A DNA stretch of 63,247 bases, filler included, from Asterionella formosa (lineage: Eukaryota), in assembly GCA_002256025.1 (NCBI GenBank). It is 27 parts of 27 records of this genome, joined end to end, with 100 filler letters (N's around TTAATTAATTAA, not from the genome) between each part and the next. Parts side by side here need not be neighbours in the genome. Positions count along the whole stretch, not along the records: positions 1 to 23,495 come from NKIB01002457.1; 26 more parts are not named here. One strand, 5' to 3'. The stretch's first letter is position 1. Each line of letters opens with the position of its first letter. Shown here in pieces: positions 1-9,467 of the stretch. The notes beneath the pieces were generated by a model that saw only the letters and a program-made list of their open reading frames with translations, was not told the DNA's origin and did not search any database. The position numbers and the translations under genes are program-made.

Positions 1-220
1 GAAAAGTCAAATGAATTATTTGAAACATCAACTAATTCAGTCTCGCGTTCAAAATTCATTGTGAAAACTTCACATGAAACAGTTAAAACTTCACATGAAA
101 CCGTTAAAAGTAATCTTTTTTACGTGAAGAGTGGCATTAATGCATGTGAAGTACCACATAATTAACACTCATACGTAGACGAAATTTCGAAAAGTGGCGT
201 ATTTCGCGTCTTAGATGTAG
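1..220. mobile_element. Putative terminus of an AT-rich non-autonomous transposon
   Basis: Ends in CGCGTCTTAGATGTAG (205-220), matching CGCGGCTTAGATGTAG at 59590-59605. Both copies have GTGAA/TTCAC-rich subterminal repeats (a 21-bp unit twice at 64-105). Confidence 0.45.
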
Positions 221-1116
221 ATGATATTCTCATGACAAATAAAGGAACAAATTGAATTCTTGGAGTGATACCTGGAGCTGTTTTCACCTTGTAATGGACT
301 TGACATGCCAACCTATCAATAATACAAGGTGAACCTTGTATTGGAAAGGTATATCACCTTGTATTGGGAAAAAATATCAAACGACCAATACCTTGTATTG
401 GAAAATGTTATGTCGCCCAATACAAGGTATGCCCGGATTTTGAGGACGAAAACCGGTTGAAAACGTACCAAAAATTGCCAATACCGGGTACTTTCGTTTC
501 CTGTGTTTATCGCGGTACATAGGAGCAGCTGTACCGGTATGTCAAATCACCAAGGAATATTTGTGATATACCGGTAAATTTATTTATTTTGTCACAAATT
601 AATTTGATATTTCGAAGCGAGCCCAATGAGGGCATGTACATCATAAATGTTCTTCACACGATCCGTACTATTGACTGATGTACGTACGACATTACTGACT
701 ACCATTACGGTAGGGTTGAACGGTTCCAGGTACCTGGTACCTCCTGAAAGTTGATGAGAATTCATCTATGTTTCCTTTTTAGTAAGAACCGTCTTCTTGT
801 CAACTTCCTGATACCTAGTCCAGGTGTCATGTCGACGCCAAATTCGACGAAGGGAAGCTGTCTATCAAAATAGTGCGTACTCCTGCCTGGTACGGAGTAA
901 CTCATACATTGAACAGTAGCTGTACGACGATACAGCCCAATCACTGATCAGTGAATGACGATTATTCCGATATATAACATATATATCAGTTCAATGCCTT
1001 AGATCCCCTCGGAATTCGCTTGTTCCCTTTATAATTAATGAGAGAGAATATTATATAAATTATTTATTTAATATGTCTTATACGCACATAAAAGACCCAT
1101 TATACTGCAACACAAC

Positions 1117-1270
1117 AAACTCAACACGAAGGCAGGCAGTTCGAAGATTTAATTTAGCATACCAGTACTAATGCTAATTCCGGTTACAAAACAATACCTG
1201 TAAAACTCAACACGAAGGCAGGCAGCTCGAAGATTTAATTTAGCATACCGGTACTATAGCTAATTCCGGT
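1117..1270. repeat. Direct duplication of about 68 bp (period 86)
   Basis: AAACTCAACACGAAGGCAGGCAG...CTAATTCCGGT at 1117-1184 and 1203-1270. Confidence 0.9.
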
Positions 1271-1427
1271 GATAGTGCCACTGCCGGGCAAATAGACAAG
1301 CAATAAATCCCATCAAGCATCACTTTGACCACAATACAATACCAAAAGCCAATCAACAAACATCAGCGGACAGCACTCACTTCATCGTCTTATTTTCCAA
1401 ACCTTCCCCGAAGCATTGAAGAATTCA

Positions 1428-2357
1428 ATGTCAGACAATCAACATGAGGCGAAGGCACGCCTGACAACTGACTTTCTGAGGGGGTCATCAATCCCTACAA
1501 CCGTGAGCATTCCGAGCGACGACGGCGCTTCTCGATCAAAAATAAAGAAAAGCCATCGCGGACATTCTAGTGCGTCAACCGTTCAGTCTCAGGACAGCAA
1601 ACTCAGTGCATCATCAAGCAAGATGTCGAAAAGTTCCAGTAAGAAATCAAAGGGATCTAGTTCAAGGCAGAGCCGTAGGAGCGAGGGAACATCAAGTAGG
1701 AGGAGTAACCTATCGTCAAGGTCTTCACCGAATGTCCACAGAGAAACTAATACTAGTCACGAAATAAGCAAGGCGAAACGACGCTCTAGCGTCGGCTATG
1801 ACTTCAAACCGACAGTTTCCAGCAGATCGAGCGCTGGACTAGCTAGGACAGTCATGGGCACGCCGTTGTCGTCACTTGAACTGTTTCCCGAGGCTTTTGT
1901 GGAGACTGTTGATGAATTGCCGTCGTTGTCCGAACTGGCATTATTCCTAATGCCAAAGGTTCCCCCAAAAGAATTCAAAGAAATTATCACGTTTAAGGCA
2001 GAGTCATCACAGACGGAGAACAGTCTTCAACGCCTGTCGAGTCATTCTCAGGAGGATACACACGAATCACCCTTCAAGGCAGAGGAGCATTGTGGCGTCG
2101 ACGATTGCCACGAAATCGACCGAATCGCGGGATCACTAAGGAAAAAGGAATTGAAGGAATTGTCATCTATTAAACTATGTCCTCCCAGTTTTGTGCAGTG
2201 TGTTGATGACATGCCTCCGATGTCTGACCTTGATTTGTTGCTTGTCCCAACTGATCCTTTGCAAAAAGCGGACGAGTTATCGTTGAATAATAGTCCATCG
2301 AAGGCAAAGGAAGAATCTCCATGCAAACCATTTTTAGGCTTTCTGGAATCTGCATGA
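1428..2357 (+). CDS. Hypothetical Ser/Arg/Lys-rich low-complexity protein with a twice-repeated C-terminal motif
   Basis: ORF from ATG 1428 (MSDNQHEAK...) with coding-like GC and an internal repeated motif. Confidence 0.7.
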   Translation: MSDNQHEAKARLTTDFLRGSSIPTTVSIPSDDGASRSKIKKSHRGHSSASTVQSQDSKLSASSSKMSKSSSKKSKGSSSRQSRRSEGTSSRRSNLSSRSSPNVHRETNTSHEISKAKRRSSVGYDFKPTVSSRSSAGLARTVMGTPLSSLELFPEAFVETVDELPSLSELALFLMPKVPPKEFKEIITFKAESSQTENSLQRLSSHSQEDTHESPFKAEEHCGVDDCHEIDRIAGSLRKKELKELSSIKLCPPSFVQCVDDMPPMSDLDLLLVPTDPLQKADELSLNNSPSKAKEESPCKPFLGFLESA

Positions 2358-2567
2358 AAGTTGGTGCCATCAGATTTCGAGGAACACCAGCACCATCTTA
2401 AGGGTACTAGCTTCAAAATGAGGAGACTCGACCAAGGCACAATGTGATCGTACCCTGATTGTCACATACTCTGGAATGTCACATGCAGATATTAGTATTT
2501 GCAATATCAAAACTAGATAATATCATTCTAGTATTATTTGGCTCCTGGAGTATCCTAATAGTTGAAG

Positions 2568-3137
2568 CTATAGAAAACTAGATATCCACTTCAATGCGTC
2601 TTGATAGCCTTCACCCCGAAGCACAGATATTCGGAAGACTCTTAGTTTTTCAACCCCATGCAGCTCAACCAAATCACTAAAATGAATCTTTTCAGCAATA
2701 TCCACGGACGAAATCGCAGTTTCCAGATCACACTTGTTGTACAGCAAAGCAATTGGCTTGTCTTCTAGGAGTCCTTCTCCAATTAAATGTTCCAGTTCAT
2801 ACCCGCTCTCTTCTAACCGCTCAACATCCGATGCATCAACTAAAAACAAAAGAGCCTTCGCATTACACGCATAGTCGCCCCAAAGATGTCGCACTGCCTC
2901 ATGGCCACCTAAATCCCATGCAGCAAAAGTAATGCCTTGGTAGGTGAATTTTTCTGTCAAAGATGGTCGGTCCGTCGGTGGATATGAGCGAATCGCCCCA
3001 GTCTTGAGTCTCTCTAGTAAGGTCGTTTTCCCGGCATTGTCCAGACCAAGTAAGAGAAGATTTCCTTCCTTGCCTTTAAATCCCAATGCAGACCAAAGAG
3101 AAGCTAGAAAGGATGTCCAAACGTCGTAGAGTGACAT
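2568..3137 (-). CDS. SAR1: Sar1-family small GTPase (divergent, possibly SarB paralog)
   Basis: GLDNAGKTT P-loop, DLGGH (His, Sar1-type G3), NKCD G4, and an N-terminal amphipathic helix without a myristoylation Gly. Confidence 0.85.
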   Translation of the reverse strand: MSLYDVWTSFLASLWSALGFKGKEGNLLLLGLDNAGKTTLLERLKTGAIRSYPPTDRPSLTEKFTYQGITFAAWDLGGHEAVRHLWGDYACNAKALLFLVDASDVERLEESGYELEHLIGEGLLEDKPIALLYNKCDLETAISSVDIAEKIHFSDLVELHGVEKLRVFRISVLRGEGYQDALKWISSFL

Positions 3138-3560
3138 TCTGTTCCGAAAGGGAAAAAGAAATTGAATCTCTTCGGAGAATTGATAGTTCCAGTTTCACGT
3201 CGAGAGGGATATTATTGCGTTACTCGAATTTTCAGGAGACAGTGGGGCCAAATGATAGGAACAAATGGATTCTATGAATACCCACACCAACTCAAAGGAG
3301 GACAAGATTCCGATACATCGGCATCTGAAAGAAGCCGTTTATTCTTGTGCTGCACACGACTGTGTGCGTGATGCTCTAACTAATAATAAGACAAAATGAC
3401 AATATATACCCGGTACCGGTATGTGCGTGTATACCATACCCCATCCGAACGGCATTTTCTTATTTAATCATGCATGCAATAATCGCATCCATAAGAGCAA
3501 TGGCTCTATGCATAGCTTTAAATTGTGTGCGTGAAGGACCAATTTGAACCTTGCTTATGC

Positions 3561-4330
3561 AGGCTGGTGCTAACTGTGGACCACAACCGAACCCAAAATT
3601 TTGGTTTTGGTTTTGGTCAGACAGACGAAAAAGTGATGCTTATGGTTTTAGGGAAAACCTAAGCATTGTCAACCACCCATTGACTGTGACATAGGAAGAC
3701 AAAATAAAATATAAAATACACCATTTTTTAAGAATTATGCTACTTTAACATAAAAAGTATGATTTTTGTGTGGGATTTAGAAAGTTTTGTCTGCAATTGT
3801 GGGCTCAATTATAATGTACTCCAAGTTTGGTGACTGGTGGTGGAAACAATGATATGACGATGACAACCCAACTATTCTTAACAGTTAAATAGTGAATTAT
3901 AAATCAATTTTTGTTTTGGGCAGGCCTGATCCCTTGTAGACAATGGAGCATTGTAGATGTATGAATAAGGTGCGTTTAAATGCAATGATGAGGCATTGAG
4001 ATATTGTTTTTGTTGTTGCGCCCACTTGGTTTTCCGATTTTACTGTATCTGCTATATTTAAACAAATGTAGTAGTTGCAATTAAAATCGTTTACTATTCA
4101 TAGCAACTTTTACGTCTGGAATGCTGCCAAGATTTGCTGAGGGTTTATGAAGTTGAAAATCGAAATGACAGCAATCAACCCATTTCTCATGACTCGATTG
4201 GCATGATGCAAAAGTATTTATATAGCTGAGAAAACACAAGCCTAACTAGGATTCTTTTAACATTGATTTCTGTGGCCCTTTTCGTCCACAAACCTTTGAA
4301 GCACCAAAGGCTGCATATGAAAGAGGGCAT
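3561..4330 (+). mobile_element. Degenerate PIF/Harbinger relic
   Basis: 3561-3665 aligns by eye with the Harbinger left end at 49999-50105 (AGGCTGGTGCTAACTGTGGACCACAACC vs AGGCCGTTGCTAACGGTGGACCAAAACC). Right boundary is approximate. Confidence 0.5.
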
Positions 4331-5052
4331 TTTTGTTTGATGTTGCAGCTAGCACAGAGGACTACCTGTATACCTAATACCGGTACCAGATCCCCCCGGA
4401 TTCCTGATATGAAGCATCCACGAAAATCGGCAGTGATGTCGGTACGCTGTGTAGATGATTATCGGTCCCTTGCACCGGTACAGAGTACCGGTAGTTCCAT
4501 AAAATAACGCACGGTATGAAATACCGGTTTGTACTTAAAATTCAGTCTTTGATACCACCTGGTACTATTAATATACGTGTATGTCTAAATAAAAACATTT
4601 GATTCGCCCCAAAACTTCCACAGGTGTACTGCATATAGAAACTTGTCATTGGTATCATCAACCTCGCTCAAGGCAATGGCATTTTGAAAGTTTGGGAGGC
4701 TCAATATCAGTTTGAATGTTTGGCGGACAGCCGAGAAAGAGGTGACGGCTGTACATAAGCATGTCGTCGTACAGACGTTCGTGTAAACCGGTACTAATAA
4801 TACCAGTACCAGGTAGGTCTACTGGTACCTGGTGCTGGTAAGTAATAGATAGACCATCACATAATACGGGTACGACCATGCATCAGGTACTGCAACTACC
4901 GCAGGTATTCCTTTTTTCATGTACTCAAAGTACACTACCAGTACCAGTACCTGGTACCGATAGCGGTATTTCTGAATGCCGGGTATGCATACCGGTATTG
5001 TTTGGAAACCATACTGGAACGGCTCGTTTCATAATTTCATTATTTATTCACC

Positions 5053-7892
5053 ATGGCGGACCTGACGGCCATTCTTGTTGCCGCTGCGAGCGCAGGTAAG
5101 CGATTATAAGGCTTCGTTCATTTTGAATGTACATGGAATGTCAAAGAACGAGGAGCCAACATGAGCTGTCAGCCAGGGGACGAGATGATTGAAGGTGACC
5201 ACGCCCATTTTTTGTCGTTGTGTAGATTCAGTACTAGATTTGACGCTAGTCTCGAATCGACCATGGTTTCAGGTTTTGGTCAGTGTGTAGTTTTCAGCCA
5301 CACGAATGTCAACTCATGTGCGCTATTCTTCTCCTCAATTCAGACAAGGCCGCGGAACAATTGCTGACGGAATTGCAAGACCGAAATTATGTGGAGTTTA
5401 TTGTTGCCATGGCGGTAGAACTTGCTACGGAAGGCAAAGACCTCAGAGCCCGGCAATTAGCTGGTCTTTGGCTCAAGAACGAATTGGTGGCCAAGGATGA
5501 CGCGCTCCAGACTCGTAAACACGAACATTGGAAGACACTTCCCGACGAAACGAGGGCTCCGGTCAAACATGCCTTGCTGCAAGCCCTGCAATCTCCAGAA
5601 TCCATTGCTAGGCAGACGGGGGCACAGGCAGCTGCCGAAGTGGCAGCGATTGAACTTCCGTTTCATGTTTGGCCGGAGTTTTTGCCATGCCTCTTGGAAT
5701 ATGTCTCTTCGGAATCCTATGGGGAAGGTGTCAAGGTTGCTTCCTTGAGTTGCTTGGGGTTTACGTGTCAAAGACTTGCCGATTTGGAGAATCTTCCTGC
5801 AATCGCTGTGACCACGACGGATGCCATGTTGACTGCTATCGTCAACGGGATCCAAAAAACCAGACCCGATAATATCCGACTTGCGGCAGCCGTGGCATTG
5901 AAGAATTCCTTGCTGTTTACGCAGAAGAATATGGAGCAAAAGGTGGAACGTGATGCCATTATGAACAACGTGTGCGAAGCCACTCAGTGTCAAGACGCGA
6001 GGGTGAGGGCAGAAGCCTTTATGTGCCTGCAACAAATTGCGTTTCAATATTATGATAAGCTGCAAGAATATATGATGACTCTCTTTGACCTTACGACAAA
6101 GGCAATCAAGGGAGACGAAGACGAAGTGGCGAAACAGGCGATTGAGTTCTGGTCTACTTTGTGTGAAGTTGAAATGGAACTGATGGATGAATTTAGTGAT
6201 GCCCTACAAGTTGGAACAGACGCGGAGAACACTTGCCAGCGCTATGTTGCAGCCGCTGTGGAGCACTTGGTCCCGCTCTTGTTAGAAGCCATGACGAAGC
6301 AGGACGAAGATATCGATTTAGATGGTGATCAGTATTCACTATACATTGCTGCATCTACGTGTTTAACGTTGGTATCTCAGACTGTTGAAGATTTGGTAAC
6401 TCCTGCTGTCTTGCCGTTTGTGAATGAGCATATTCAGAGCGGGAACTGGCACTATCGAGAAGCTGCCACAATGGCATTTGCGTGCATTTTGGAAGGTGCT
6501 TCCGAAGAGAGTATCAGTGGTGTTGTCAACCAAAGTATTCCTGTCTTGCTCAGTGCACTTGGCTACCCAAACATTTTGGTAAAGGACAGTACGGCCTTCG
6601 TCCTCTCCAAGATATGTGAGCTTCATGCGCGAGCTATACCGCAGGAAACGTTTCCTACTTTGGTAAATGGTTTGTTGTCAAAGCTGAACAGTGAACCCCC
6701 TCGTGTTGCATCCCAAGCTTGCAACGCGCTCAACAAGCTGGGAGCTGCTTTTGACGCTGATAGTGACGCCGAGGCGAGGGGAACGAATGCTTTATCTCCC
6801 TTCTTGCCAAACTTGCTATCTGAATTGATGCGGGCTGCTGATCGACCTGATGCCATTGAACACAACCTTCGAGTGACAGCATTTGAATCCATTAACGTCT
6901 TTGTTCAGAATTCGGCTCCTGATACAAAACCAATTTTGCTCCAGTTGCTCCCTGTTGCTATTGAACGACTTCGGTCGTCATTTACTCAACATGTCTTAAC
7001 AGCAGAGGAGCATGAGACGAAGGAAGGACTACAGGGTCTCCTTTGTGCCTTGATTCAAGTGTTGGTTCAGAAGATGTCTGAAGAGGAAGTTGCACCTCAT
7101 GCTGATCTGATCATGCAAAACTTACTGCAAGTATTGCAGGCGAAGAGCACCAGCTGCCACACGGAAGCTTTTGCTGCCGTCTCCGCAATCGCTGTCTCAA
7201 TGGGCGAAGCTTTTGAGAAATATATGGTGGCCCTCATGCCATTTTTGCTTGTGGGCCTTCGCACCTTCGAAGCCTTCCACGTCTGCAATATTGCAGTTGG
7301 TCTTGTTGGTGACATTTGCCGATCCCTTGAAGGCAAGATTGAGCCGTACACAAAAGAAATTATGGGAGCGCTTGTCGATTCTTTGAAGGATACGTCACTG
7401 CATCGATCGGTAAAGCCCCCAGTCTTGTCATGCTTTGGTGACATTGCCTTGGCGATCGGCGCGCGTTATGAACCCTATTTGCAGTTCTCTATGATGCTGC
7501 TCATGCAAGCGTCGGGTACAACGGCAGCAGATGATGACGACGATATGATCGAGTATGTAAATACATTGCGAGAGTGTGTCTTGGAAGCTTATACTGGCGT
7601 CATTCAGGGATTGAAAGACGGAAACAGAGTGGATTTATTTGTACCATATGTTCAACCAGTTGCACAGTTTCTACAATTAATTTCATCTGATCCAAACCGC
7701 GATGACTTAGTTCTCGCTAAGGCGGCAGGCCTGATTGGAGATCTAGCATCGTCAATGGGACACGGTATCAAGGATCAGCTCAACCAAGCATTCGTAAAAC
7801 AGCTATTGCAAGATGCGAACGCTACTGGAGATGACTCAACAATGGAAACGGCTCAATGGGCCATGGCAGAAGTGACAAGACTTCTCCAATAG
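5053..7892 (+). CDS. KPNB1: Importin subunit beta-1 (karyopherin beta); join(5053..5095,5344..7892)
   Basis: IBN_N motif RQLAGLWLKNEL, QAIEFWSTLCEVE, NWHYREAATMAF, VKPPVLSCFGDIALAIG and HEAT repeats. Exon 1 MADLTAILVAAASA is joined by a frame-consistent GTAAG...CAG intron at 5096-5343. Confidence 0.95.
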
Positions 7893-8810
7893 GCAAGTTT
7901 ATAATCATCATGATTTATCCTCTTTTCAGTCACTGCGGTGACCGCACAACGACAACAGCGTTTCGGATAGAACCTGTGTTGAATAAATGTACTTTCGGGT
8001 GACGAAGAGAAGGTCACTACTTTACCAAGCAACAATTGCTTGGTCAGGTAGACACCTTCGCACACCACATGGCTCATAGAGATGGCGACGTGTGGAAGAG
8101 AATATTAATAGTCTTTCCTTCCTCGCCTTCTCATGACCTCTTTAAGGCAAAAGAATTTAGAGGCAAATAAATTACTGTTTTGATTCATTTATTTTGAGTA
8201 TTTAGTACAGAATGTTCGGGATGATATTCTAAAGTTGTACATTGTGTTAAGGTTATGATTAACACTGCATAAGGTGATGTCGAAAGGAAAGGATTTGTAG
8301 TCCAGTGATGTGAGGAGAAAAAGTGACACATAAATCAACAAGTTACCTTTTTTTTATGAAAATAGAAATCAGTGCAAAAAAATATGAAGAATATATTAAT
8401 TCACCAGATTGCACCAATAATTCATGTCATGACTGCTAAAATGGTATAAAATTCATCCGAAATTTGACAGAAATGACATAAAACAAAGCGACCTCTCATG
8501 ATCAGCAGCAGCATCAGTGCAGCAGAAGCAACTGTTACAGCGACAACAACAGAAGGTAATACCGGTAGTTTACCTTGGCCCACCGAGCACTTGATGCTAG
8601 ACTAGACTACACAGCGATTTGTCTTGATTATTACATCAAATGATCATCAATGATGTATAATAGCAAACCAAATAATAATTATAGTCTATCGACGATGTAG
8701 ACTACCGTACCGGTATTACCGGTACTATAGCATCGTAAAATACCCCTACTATGTGATTGTGCGTCGGTTGTCAAGTTATTAACGGCCATCATTCTGATTC
8801 TTTTACCACC

Positions 8811-9467
8811 ATGACACTAGGTCCAGATCTCGATACGTCAACGCTTCATCGTCGCCTAGAACAAGGAATTGCTGGAGCCGGAAGCTCTCGCGGATCTCTG
8901 ACAAGATGCGCTGCAAAGTACAAAATATTTCTTGAAAAACTCTTCTCCGAACAACGTGACGACAGCACTTTGGCAGAAGCTATTGAGGCGTGCAAAGGCG
9001 ACTTGATTCGAGAGCTACATCTATATATGATTGAAATGAGGCGTGTTTCTGCAAGAATAAGTGTGACAGAAGCTGAATCCAAAGGACTCGAACGGCAGTT
9101 GGCCTTAGTACAAGTTGGGATCTCGGAAGAATCCAAGGCCTTGCAAGAGATGCAAAAGCAGTATCCTGGTGTCAAACAGATTCGACGACAAAAGGAAGAA
9201 TACGAGGCATTGGCAAAGATGGCAAATCATCGAGAGTCAAGAAGAGTCTTGGAACAGAAGTTGATTGCTATCAATTCGGAGACACTTGCGACGGAGCAGA
9301 CTCAAAAACACTTGTTGGACGAACTTACCGAAAGAGAAACTCAATTTCAGTTATTGATTCAAATCATGTTGGACTTGAAGGCGGGAATGGCGAGAAAATC
9401 TTCCGTTCAAAAAGATGACGGTGAGGAGGAGGAAGAGGGTGCTATACCGATGGATACAGATGTCTAA
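8811..9467 (+). CDS. THOC7: THO complex subunit 7 (Mft1/THOC7 family)
   Basis: Coiled-coil protein with LHRRL near the N-terminus, the RRQKEEYEALAK motif typical of THOC7, and an acidic C-terminal tail. Confidence 0.8.
   Translation: MTLGPDLDTSTLHRRLEQGIAGAGSSRGSLTRCAAKYKIFLEKLFSEQRDDSTLAEAIEACKGDLIRELHLYMIEMRRVSARISVTEAESKGLERQLALVQVGISEESKALQEMQKQYPGVKQIRRQKEEYEALAKMANHRESRRVLEQKLIAINSETLATEQTQKHLLDELTERETQFQLLIQIMLDLKAGMARKSSVQKDDGEEEEEGAIPMDTDV

Noticed and set aside
5283..5343. ORF-track N-terminus MCSFQPHECQLM for importin-beta
   Set aside because: Lies inside the predicted intron; the exon at 5053-5095 gives a canonical N-terminus.
5457..6065. 202-aa antisense ORF and other short ORFs overlapping importin-beta, the lipase, Ran and Copia pol
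   Set aside because: Shadow frames of real coding sequence with no motifs.
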